From Octopus bimaculoides (taxonomy: Eukaryota), in NCBI RefSeq assembly GCF_001194135.2, contig NC_068989.1:62707746-62748249 (forward strand): a stretch of 40,504 nucleotides of DNA, written 5' to 3'. The translations under genes and the position numbers were made by a program. Positions 11,464 through 22,096 of this stretch are shown piece by piece. The notes beneath the pieces were generated by a model. The model did not search any database and was not told the origin of the DNA. It saw only the letters and a program-made list of their open reading frames with translations. Numbering within the stretch: the stretch's first letter is position 1; each line of letters opens with the position of its first letter.

Positions 11464-12323
11464 AATGTAGAGACGCCTATAATAGGACATCTACTCGCTA
11501 GAAATAGCAACAAAAATACTACATACCACAAAAGTATTTGCTGCCGATTAAGTAAACCGTAAATACGCGGTATATTTTGAAAAATTAGACATAAGAACAC
11601 GAACCATGCTGCGTACTCATTCGTGCTTCATATGTTGTNNNNNNNNNNNNNNNNNNNNNNNNNNNNNNNNNNNNNNNNNNNNNNNNNNNNNNNNNNNNNN
11701 NNNNNNNNNNNNNNNNNNNNNNNNNNNNNNNNNNNNNNNNNNNNNNNNNNNNNNNNNNNNNNNNNNNNNNNNNNNNNNNNNNNNNNNNNNNNNNNNNNNN
11801 NNNNNNNNNNNNNNNNNNNNNNNNNNNNNNNNNNNNNNNNNNNNNNNNNNNNNNNNNNNNNNNNNNNNNNNNNNNNNNNNNNNNNNNNNNNNNNNNNNNN
11901 NATATATATAACCAACACATCGATTGGGCCACATTTATAGCTTATTTTTTTAATACAAAGCATAACATAATGAAATAGATGACGTAACATATCTTACGGC
12001 CGATACTGATCGGATTGCCAAAAATGCAGTCTATAAATAAATGCGAGAATAAAGTTTCTCATCTTCATAGGGCATTCGAATTAAGGCAACGGGTCTTTCT
12101 GAGAGCGGAAAAGAAGATCATAAAATATAAACGAAAGGAAAGAAGGAAAAGGAAAGAAAACATGTCTAGAAGCCCAAAATCTTAAGAGCAAATAATCTAC
12201 CACCAAGGGCTACAGGGTCGGTAAGTAAAAGTGAAACACACACACTTGTATATACAATCGTACATACGCACACACACGTGTAGTAAAAGAGTAATATTTA
12301 TATATATTATTTTGTGTGTATGT

Positions 12324-12736
12324 ATACTCTTTTACTCTTTTACTTGTTTCAGTCATTTACTGCGGCCATGCTAGAGCACCGCCTTTCGTCGAGCAAATCG
12401 ACCCCAGGGCTTATTCTTTGGAAGCCTAGTACTTATTCTATCGGTCTCTTTTTGCCGAACCGCTATGTTACGGGGACGTAAACGCACCACCATCGGTTGT
12501 CAAGCGATGTTGTGGGGACAAACACAGACACACAAACATATACACACACATGCATATATATATATATATATATATATACGACGGGCTTCTTTCAGTTTCC
12601 ATCTACCAAATCCACTCAGAAGGTCTTGATCGGCCCGAGGCTATAGTAGATGACACTTGCCCAAGGTGCCACGCAGTGGAAATGAACCCAGAACCAAGTG
12701 GTTGGTAGGCAAGCTACTTACCACACAGCCACTCCT
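12324..12736 (-). mobile_element. tRNA-derived SINE with CORE-like segment, internal (TA/TG)n spacer and (GTAAAAGA)n tail
   Basis: Head AGGAGTGGCTGTGTGGTAAGTAG...GGGTTCATTTCC, then GGCACCTTGGGCAAGTGTC (CORE-like); homologous to 14820-15180 and 33783-34405. Confidence 0.85.
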
Positions 12737-13124
12737 AGTACTGTTTTTTTTCTTAGCAAATCAGTTTCCCGTCGGTAACTTAGCTATTACTAGCTTTTCG
12801 TATTTCTCTCAGGAAGTCCATCTGCTACGCCTAATAAGTTTAACACGCTGAAAATATTATATTATACAAGGGGCAATGAGGTTTCTAAAATATTTGAATA
12901 TTCTCGTATCTATTCCTGATAATCCCATAATCCCGTTTCACTAACGTTAAATCATCGGAATTAAATATCGTTACATTAGACGCACTCGGGAATCCACGGA
13001 AGATTGTTTTACACTATGCTAGCATTATATAATTAGTTTCTGGTAATTATACTATTCATTATTGTGAAATAGCGAAGAGAGTAAATACAATGACAATTAA
13101 CTTAATGACTCCAAATACATCAGT

Positions 13125-13860
13125 CTTCTTTTACTTCTCCTTTATCATTCCATTTTCTTCCATCTCTTCCTCTTCTTCTTCTTTTCTTGCATCCCCTCCA
13201 CTTCTTTTCTTTCATCTCCTTCTTCTTTTCTTCCATCTCCTCCTCTTCTTCTTTCTCTTCTACTTTCACATCTTCATCCCCCTCTTCTGTCTTCTTTCTC
13301 TTCTTCCTGTTCCTGTTCTTCCACCTCCATCTCCTCTCCTCATCTTTTTTCTTCTTCATCATATTCTTCTTCTTCTTCCACCTCTCCTCCTCCTCTTCTT
13401 CTTCTTCTGCTTCTTCTTCTTCTTCTTCTTCTTCTTCTTCTGCTTCTTCTTTTTCTCCTTCTTCTTCCTCCTACTCCTCTTCTTCTGCTTCTTCTTCTTT
13501 TTCCTCTTCTTCTTCTTCTTCTTCTTCTTCTTCTTCTTCTTCTTCTTCTTCTTCTTCTTCTTCTTCTTCTTCTTTTTTCTTCTTTTTCTTCCTCCTCCTC
13601 CTGTTCTTCTGCTTCTTTTTCATCTTTTCTCCTTCTTCTTCCACCTACTCCTCTTCTTCTGCTTCTTCTTCATCCCTTCTTCTTCTTCTTCTTCTTCTTC
13701 TTCTTCTTCTTCTTCTTCTTCTTCTTTTTCTTCTTCTTCTTTTTCTTCTTCTTCTTCTTCTTCTTCTTCTTCTTCTTCTTCTTCTTCTTCTTCTTCTTCT
13801 TCTTCTTTTTCTTCTTCTTCTACCAGTAGTACTACCTCTCCTTTTACTTCACTATCATAG
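13125..13860. repeat. Long imperfect (CTT)n/(CCT)n polypyrimidine-polypurine tract
   Basis: Direct sequence; it explains the low-complexity ORFs on both strands. Confidence 0.95.
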
Positions 13861-14442
13861 TCTCGTCCTCGTCCTCCTCCACCATCCATCCTTCTATTTA
13901 TTCTCCCCCTCTTACCTCTATTTCTTATTTTCCTGCTTCTCTTCTCCTTCGCCTATTCCTTTTTTTTTTTGTCTTGTTACTGGGATGTACGTGTTAACTT
14001 CATGTTTTAAGTAACTGTAGTGCCATCAGAGACGTTAAACCTTCTGATAGTTGCTGGACTGCCATTGTGTTTGGTCGTCAGTACAATAAAGTAAGACTAT
14101 TCAGAATATCCCACTGTCGCTCACTAGTTTCTGATTAATAAGCAGCATTGGGAAATCTCTTTAATCGCTTTGTGCTCTGATTAATTATGCAGTCTAACAA
14201 TTTATCTCAGGGATTTCTCTCGACTATTTCAGGGGCTGTTTGATCTGAGATTTACAATTTCTATTTCCCAACATCATTATATCTTGCCTTTGCATTTCAA
14301 ATATTTCTGATGTATTTTCATGTAAATAGTACGCCCCTTCGGATTTTGCTTAGCTCAATTTAGTATAGCATATTGAAAGTACGGATTCAACATTCCATCA
14401 AAGTTATAATCGTATCAGAAAATATCATACATATTACCTTCT

Positions 14443-14692
14443 TACAGTTCTATATTTAAGAGATGAGGAATTATATACATTATTTACATTATCTACATTT
14501 GACGGACATTTGTCCTCATCCTGCTTGTTGCTAAAACAAGGTTTCTGCTGATACCACCCACCCCCACCCCAGCTTTCATCACACCCCCACCCCAGCCTTC
14601 ATCACCTGATGAAGGATGGAGGGTATATCAGCGGAAACGTTGTTTTAGCAACAAATAAGATGAGGACAATATCCGTCAAATGTAAATAACGT
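14443..14692. mobile_element. Non-autonomous PLE-derived foldback insertion (minus pLTR arm fused to plus pLTR arm at the hammerhead core); perfect 12-bp TSD
   Basis: TSD ATATTACCTTCT at 14431-14442 and 14693-14704; junction CCTTCATCA-CC-TGATGAAGG. Confidence 0.85.
14601..14646 (+). ncRNA. Hammerhead motif (copy C): core boxes intact, stem II mismatched
   Basis: CTGATGA (14606-14612) A GGATG-gagggtatat-CAGCG GAAAC (14634-14638) GTT. Confidence 0.55.
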
Positions 14693-14819
14693 ATATTACC
14701 TTCTGTTGAACGTACCGTTTACGTATGTAGCCATATTTCTTAAGAATAAAATATAATTCCCGAAATTCTGCAAAATTGGTAGAACATATTTAACATTTTT
14801 CAGCAAATATAGGAACAGA

Positions 14820-15180
14820 CGTAGCTGTGGGGCAAGTTTCGTGTTTAGTAATTCTGCGTGGCACCTTTGGCAAATGTCTTCTAGTACAGCTCCAGGCTGA
14901 CCAAAGACATCTGGATAGATTTCGTAGACGAAAACTGAAAGCAGCTCTTCGTGTATATATAAAACATTGTGTGTGTGTGTATGTGTGTCTTTGTGTTTGT
15001 GCTTGTACCCCAACATCACCTGATCGCCAGCGTTGGAATGTTTACGTCCCCATCACCGTATCTTACCCTTTTTGGCAAAAGATCCCAGGAAAGTCCTAGC
15101 TTTAACAAAAAAAAAAAAAAGAATACTGCCGTATTTAGTCATTCGACAAGGCCGTGCCCAGAATGGACGCAGTCTCAGTG
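14820..15180 (+). mobile_element. Degraded copy of the 12324-12736 SINE family
   Basis: CTGCGTGGCACCTTTGGCAAATGTCTTCTA, GTAGACGAAAACTGAAAG, internal (TG)n, ATGTTTACGTCCCC, tail CAGAATGGACGCAGTC. Confidence 0.75.
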
Positions 15181-15181
15181 A

Positions 15182-16126
15182 TTACAGGTAAATTTTTCTC
15201 CATTCTTCAGCTAAAACAGTCTCCAATTTTTGTAGTAATGAGGATGGAAGATATTGATACCTTATTTGTTTCTCTAAAATGCTGCATAAATTTTTAATAA
15301 TATGGAGATCTGCGGACTGTGGTGGCCACATAAGATGTTCAACTTCACTAAAATGTTCATTGTGCCATCCAGTAACCCCTTTAGCTATGTGAATTGGTGC
15401 ATTATCTTCCTGAAAGATTGCATTTCCTCCGGAAACAGGTTCCGCAACCGTACGATGAATTTGATCAGATAAAATGCCTAAATAGTCTTGACTATTCATT
15501 CTTCCATGAAGAGAAACCATTATGCCGGCGGATTTCCAAGATTTAGCACCCCAGATCATAACAGATCCTCCTCCATGTTTAACACTTGCAAGAATGCAAT
15601 CTGACTGAAATGCTTCTTTTGGCTGTCTCCAAACATATACTTGGCCGGTGGTCAGAAATATGGTAAAGGATGACTCATCTGAGAAAATAACATTCTTCTA
15701 CTGCTCTAGGGACCAATTCTGTAGGTTTTTACTCCATTTTAAACGTGTTGCCACGTTTGTATTTGAAAGTAGTGGTTTTCTGATTACAGTCTTTTAGTAA
15801 GATGCGGCTTCCGGCGAACAGTTTTTGTGGAGACTGGGTTCTCGAGTGGGTCATTAAGCTCTGCCTGCAGTAATTTTGGGAGCTGTACTTTTATGATCCT
15901 TTCTAACAATACGCGTAAGAGACCGACGGTCCCTATCTGAAAGTTTTGGTTTTCATCCGAAGTTTTGTTTCGACGAGGAAGTTTTTGCCTCTTTTTAAAA
16001 GGCTGCCATTGCTTTCGAGATAGTACTTCTTGATACACCAAACATTTCAGCTGTTTTCGTTACGCTAGCACCTGCCATGCGAGCTCCAACAATTTGTTCT
16101 TTTTGGAAGTCCGATAGATCTGTAAT
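15182..16126 (-). mobile_element. Tc1-like transposase pseudogene with DD36E spacing; TIRs not found
   Basis: HTH start ITDLSDFQKEQIVGARMAGASVTKTAEMFGVSRSTISK; NPVSTKTVRR; VIFSDES (D at 15677-15679); KHGGGSVMIWG; QEDNAPIH (D at 15404-15406); WPPQSADLHIIK (E position read as AAA at 15293-15295). Stops and frameshifts present. Confidence 0.9.
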
Positions 16127-16247
16127 TTGAATGAATTGTAATTACCTTTTTCTGATGACATCTGAAACGAAACCGTAATTTTAGCAACAAATTTTCAGCA
16201 ACACTAATAATAAATCAAAATTCATAAAAATAAACTAGATTCTGACG

Positions 16248-16449
16248 TTATTTACATTATTTACATTTGACGGATATTTGTCCTCATCTTGTTTGTTGTG
16301 AATAGAAGGTTTCGGCTGATATACCCTCCAGCCTTCATCAGGTGACTTACGGAAATATTATTATTATTACTATTCAGGTCACTGCTTGGAACCGAACTCG
16401 CAATCTTGCGGTTAGTAGCCCGCGCTCTTGACCACTACGCCATATGCCT
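16248..16449 (-). mobile_element. PLE 3' terminal module (pLTR-like): tRNA-like head, (AAT)n, hammerhead motif, (AATGTAAAT)n
   Basis: A box at 16432-16442, B box at 16388-16399, CTGATGA at 16335-16341, GAAAC at 16309-16313; same strand as, and directly downstream of, the PLE ORF. Confidence 0.8.
16300..16346 (-). ncRNA. Hammerhead motif (copy D): core and 5-bp stem II intact, stems I and III mutated
   Basis: GTCAC-CTGATGA-A-GGCTG-gagggtatat-CAGCC-GAAAC-CTT-CTATT. Confidence 0.6.
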
Positions 16450-16487
16450 CTTGGGCAATTATGAAGTAAATTTTGGGGCGTATAAAT

Positions 16488-17490
16488 CTAATATGTTCTA
16501 TCCTTACTGAATACCGGTTCCCATATGCTATTTATATCTGCCCTTGGTCTGGTTTGGAGGTTGTTGTGTCCTAGCATAACCATTCCACAGGTGGAGGTGG
16601 TCTCCATTTTTACATACATGATCAGCTATACCCGATTTATAGATATCTCCTCGTGTCACAGCTTTGTGATGTTCATCTACCCTTATTTTGAGGGGGCGAC
16701 ATGTTTCGCTTTGTATAACCTACCACAGCTGCATGGATGGAGTACACGCGGTTTTTGGTCATATTCTCTTCTATTGGTAGTTTTACCCGAAGGATATATT
16801 TGCGAAGTGTTGCATTACTCTTGAATACTGTCGTGATGTTATATGGGCCGCATATCTTTTGTATCTTTTCGGAGAGGCCTTTCACATAATTGGAGTAGAC
16901 AGTATGTTTTGGGGGTAGTTGTTGCTTAATAGATTGTTACTGAGCTTGGTCATTTCTTCGTGATGGGTATCACGATTGCTACTTATATTCTTTGCTTGAT
17001 GTTTTAGGCACTGAGCAATTCCACTCTTTACACTATATGGATGGTGGGAACTGACGTTTAGGTATCGTACAGTTAAACGTCCGGTATACGGATATCTTTA
17101 ATCCATACTTGGTGCGTGTTATTAATACGCCCAGGAATACTAGCTGATTGTCTTTTTCTTTTTCCATTGTGAACTGTACGGATGGTGTTATTGAGTTCAC
17201 ATGATCCAACACCACTTGGACATCTTCCTGGTGGGACCAGAGAATAAAGTTGTCATCACCATATCGCAGCCATAGGGTTGGTTTTAATGGTGTTAATCCT
17301 AAAGCCAAATTCTCAAAGTATTTTATGTATATATTGGCTATTATCGGTGATAATGGCGAACTCATAACTAAACCCTCTTATTGTCGATATATTAGTGCCC
17401 ATACTGAAATAGGTAGTTTCTACACAGAAAGTCATTTCCATCAACTTTGTTGTTGGTATACTAGTGCGTTCTTTTAGATGGGTGTCTGTC
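16488..17490 (-). mobile_element. Penelope-like element (Poseidon-type), 5'-truncated RT plus GIY-YIG endonuclease pseudogene
   Basis: RT: FCVETTYF, EGLVMSSPLSPIIANIY, LWLRYGDDNFILW, QFTMEKEKDNQLVFLGVLI, SVYR, SHHPYSVKSGI. Linker YVKGLSEKI. GIY-YIG across frameshifts: VYSI-CSCGRLYK-ETCRPLKIRVDEH, SGIADH, ending NSIWEPV; TAG at 16488-16490. Confidence 0.92.
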
Positions 17491-18288
17491 ACTTGTGTCT
17501 GTCACATAGACAAAAATTTCTTCTTAAGAAAATACATATTCAAATACGTAAACCATAATATCATGAATAGCGAAAGCGAAACCGGTCGATATATTAAAAA
17601 TCATATTAAAACTATGTAAAATGAGTGTGTTTTCCCTTTTTTTTTAAATTTCTTGTATATATATACATACACCTATGTATGTAAGAAAGTATATATAGTT
17701 CATATCTCTCTATGTGTATATATCTCTGTATATAGTATACAGAGATGTGAACTGAAAAATTTGAGCCCACGGAGTTGAATCTCAATGATAAATCCAAATG
17801 ATATATAATAATTTCTAAAGTAGACGCAATACAAACACCTCGCGTAAAATGTGTAATTTACAAATAATGAATACAACAATTGGTTTATGGATATCTTATT
17901 GATTGCAAGTAACTGAACAAATGAATTTGAACTCCATATAGAAGCATGGAAATTGACTCAACGTCCGATGTATTGATCCTGACACGTACACCATTGTTTT
18001 ACGTCAGTAACGCAGTGAATAGCATACGTTTAAATCAGTTTCACACCTAGATGAAGAATCATTGACATAGTCTATATAGAAAATCTATATACGAAAAAAT
18101 TACGAATTAGTTAAAATGGGAGGAAATGTATCTCGTTATGCAAGCAATTCCAATATCTACTTCCTATATAAAGTTCTATTTTCCATGAGTAATTCATTGC
18201 TTAAAAATCTATCTACCATTTTATTAGCAGAAACTTTACTATTGGTTACAATATGCTACATTAATAACATGACTTTTGTCCACGTAAT

Positions 18289-18400
18289 ATACGAGGTCTC
18301 ATAAAAAATTATAGAGGCTGATGCTACAAAAATATAAAACGACCCCACATTAATTTGGCGTTTAATCTCCTAGGTAGTCATCCTCTGAAGCCGCCAATCT
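18289..18400 (+). mobile_element. Possible mariner terminal remnant
   Basis: TA-CGAGG start typical of mariner TIRs; no partner TIR or ORF seen. Confidence 0.25.
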
Positions 18401-18685
18401 CACCACCGTGAAGACAGAGGCTGGATTTATGGTAATGTTAGTATGGATCCACTACTGGTTGCATATTCTTGAATTTTTACGTACTTTATCTCTATATTAC
18501 AAATATCACGTAATTCCAAGTCCAGAGAAATAGCTGTCATACCCTAAATATCATGCACTCTCCCCTTGCTTACCTGTATCCTTTGTAGTCCATGTAAATA
18601 TAATCTCTAAATATATAAAATTCTATATATTCTTACAAATATATTAATATTCTGAATAATTATAGCTTTTGTTTCTCTTTATATA

Positions 18686-19430
18686 TACGTAGTATGATCA
18701 ATAAGTATTCGGATTTTTGCTATAATAACGAAGCTGAAGCACGGAGCGTAAAGCCGCTTTGCACGTATTGACCGTGAACCCTTTTGTGAATGTGCACTAA
18801 GTTTTAATGTTTTAGCTCACTTCTGCTATTTACAGCAGTGCTTGGAGTGAAGATATGTAACGTGTGATCGTCGCATTGACCATGACAGAGAAAGTTGAGC
18901 ACAGAATCTGATTCAAATGTTTCCACAACCTTGACGTTACCGGCTCAATGTCCTATGTAAAGCTCTCAAAAAGTTTACATCATTCTCGACACAATGAAGA
19001 TCACGTGCAGCTAAGAACGGAGTGTCGTTTTGGTCAGCTAGAAGCAGTATTGGCACAAACTTGGCAGACATGCGTCTCACACCCAAATCGTCAGAGATAA
19101 TGGACTGAGCTCAAACGTAACTAATCTGCACATCCTCTGATAATGTTCGGCAATATTGACATATGCTCAGCCATCTTGGAAACGTCTGCACAACTCGTAC
19201 ACTAGTGTGAGACACTTACACTCATCTCCATACACATTTAGTAACTTCGCGCAGGCCTCTAAACATGAATCACCATGAAAGATTTCTGTCATGTTGAATA
19301 CGACGATCATACGTTACAGACCTTCCTTTCAAGCACTGCTGTAAACAAAAACTGTACGAATTTCCAACTAATCCATCTCTGAACAAAGATAGCAACATAC
19401 AATTCCTAAATACTTTATAAAGTGCAAAAT
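18686..19430. mobile_element. Two convergent 5' fragments of mariner transposons (plus 18686-~18970; minus ~19430-18955)
   Basis: Plus: TIR-like TACGTAGTATGATCAATAAGT, ATG at 18882, MTEKVEHRI*FKCF. Minus: ATG at 19292, EACAKLLNVYGDEC..VYELCRRFQDG, SIISDDLGVRRMSAKFVP, CVENDVNFL. The right boundary is approximate. Confidence 0.75.
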
Positions 19431-19561
19431 ATGTTAGAATAAAGAAATAGATGTGTCAGCTTTCTAACAAAAGATAAAGATTGCCAAACTATAAAAATGG
19501 CGCAAAATGAGCAGCTGTCAAAATTTATATATATACACACACATGTATATACATATATACA

Positions 19562-19598
<37 letters not shown>

Positions 19599-20635
19599 AT
19601 ATATATANNNNNNNNNNNNNNNNNNNNNNNNNNNNNNNNNNNNNNNNNNNNNNNNNNNNNNNNNNNNNNNNNNNNNNNNNNNNNNNNNNNNNNNNNNNNN
19701 NNNNNNNNNNNNNNNNNNNNNNNNNNNNNNNNNNNNNNNNNNNNNNNNNNNNNNNNNNNNNNNNNNNNNNNNNNNNNNNNNNNNNNNNNNNNNNNNNNNN
19801 NNNNNNNNNNNNNNNNNNNNNNNNNNNNNNNNNNNNNNNNNNNNNNNNNNNNNNNNNNNNNNNNNNNNNNNNNNNNNNNNNNNNNNNNNNNNNNNNNNNN
19901 NNNNNNNNNNNNNNNNNNNNNNNNNNNNNNNNNNNNNNNNNNNNNNNNNNNNNNNNNNNNNNNNNNNNNNNNNNNNNNNNNNNNNNNNNNNNNNNNNNNN
20001 NNNNNNNNNNNNNNNNNNNNNNNNNNNNNNNNNNNNNNNNNNNNNNNNNNNNNNNNNNNNNNNNNNNNNNNNNNNNNNNNNNNNNNNNNNNNNNNNNNNN
20101 NNNNNNNNNNNNNATGAAAATATGTATATGTATATGTATTTTTCCATATGTGTATTTTCATACACTGTTTTTAACACTGTTTTTAACAATTTCACCTTAA
20201 TATGACAATCAGTATGTAACACTACAAAGTTCATACAAAGCTTTATACTTTAAATATATTTTATCATCAAAGAATGTATATATGCATTTTAATACTCAGA
20301 CTGTTTTTTAACATTTTTTATTATTCTCAAAGACTTTTGATAATCTTTTTCTAAAAAAGTGAAACCGGTTAAGTAAATAAATATTTTTTAAAAATAAGTG
20401 CATTTTCAAACCTTCTTTCATATATATATATATATATATACTTCCGTGTTTATGTATGTGCATTTCTGCTTGTGCGCCCCTTAATATGTCATTGCTGGTA
20501 TATACACGAACTTCCAATGCACATACAGTCTTTAGAATTGTTTTACTGAAAACATTTAATGGACTCTGTTATATACTGATTTTATAAGTTCTACACATCA
20601 ACTTTGTTCATTGTATGGTACCTATTTAATAATAA

Positions 20636-20736
<101 letters not shown>

Positions 20737-21971
20737 TATCTGCAAGAGATTTGTGTTTGACATTTTATTTCAAGCCTTCAGGAAATAACATAATTCCATC
20801 GAAGATATTACTATTTTTATGAGCATAGTTAAAGACGAAATTATTGTCTCGAAATGCATGAGAAAGAAATTCAAAAATATCATTGCAAATATACATTGAA
20901 AAATTAACACTGTTTATTTCTCACCAACAAAAATGAAAAATATCTCAATGCCCGTACTATACAAATAAACGATATGTACGGTAAGCACAGCATGATGTGT
21001 AGTTGTCTGTGTACTTTGATATGCATATACATGATACACTTTTATATATTTTCATGCACGTCATACAGAAACACATACTACTGCATCCATGTCCACATAT
21101 GTCTACACGTGATGCTAACACACAGATTTAAAATTCGAACAGATGTAATGGATTTATAGATCAGATTGTCATAAACTTGATCCCAGCGATGGCACAAACG
21201 GACTGATTCATTGGGTGTATATCGCTGCAAACTCGATAAGAAAAATATAGGCGCCTTAGAAAAGCTTTCTACTTCATGATCTTCTCTAACTAGTTGCAAT
21301 TTTAACGCCATACAAAGCTAAAATACCATTCATTGTGTGAGCAAAATTTTGTTCTTATATAAACTCACATCATTTACGCTTCAGCAGCACTGGCAGATGT
21401 ATCTTTGGTTAATTTACATCTATTACTTTAGTTCTTCCACATATAGTTATCCAAAACATCCGCATAATTTGAAAAAACAAAAAGACGTATAATATACTCT
21501 TATAGTAAATAATTTCTTATTTATCAAACTAAACTCACAAATACTGGAATTCAAGATATTCTAATGAATTATAATAAGTGAACAATTGTTATTCTTAAGT
21601 GGCTACACTTTCCTTATAAGAGCATATATACATATATACATATATATATATTGAAGACAGTAAATCTCGTTCAGTTGCATACTTTGTTTTGGGAATATGC
21701 TACGTTTCCCAAAGCCAAGTTTAATGTCAACGTCTTGTTGGTATTTTACCAACAAAAGAAAATATATTCATGTTGTTATGAGAAATGACTAGCAAGCAAA
21801 ATAATTAGAGCGTCAGAAAAATACCGTGCAATATATGTCTGAGAAATTTTCTTTAACTGTTCAAATAGTGTAAGGGTTAACTTTGTTTTTCATAACTGTA
21901 AAGTTTGTGAAGTAATTCCCATTGACAAAAAAAAACAGGTGCTTTAGTATTTTAGTCAGAAAATACTGTAA

Positions 21972-21973
<2 letters not shown>

Positions 21974-22013
<40 letters not shown>

Positions 22014-22065
22014 GCACACACACACACACACGCACTCGCACACGCACACACACACGCACACACTC

Positions 22066-22090
<25 letters not shown>
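21974..22090. repeat. (CA)n-(TA)n microsatellite; other (CA/TG)n arrays near 22980, 29150-29225 and 38500-38565
   Basis: Direct sequence. Confidence 0.9.

Positions 22091-22096
<6 letters not shown>

Noticed and set aside
13090-14014. Long ORFs (256 aa, 275 aa, poly-E/K)
   Set aside because: Translations of the (CTT)n tract; no domain or splice evidence.
16152-16175. CTGATGA...GAAAC in the Tc1 leader
   Set aside because: No stem II, stem III or stem I pairing; chance match.
5947-16449. CRISPR-like or prokaryotic system
   Set aside because: No regularly spaced repeats or operon-like ORFs; the repeats are dispersed eukaryotic retroelements.
21078-21311. Minus ORF with a good internal acceptor (TTTGCAG)
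   Set aside because: No recognisable homology and no convincing donor.
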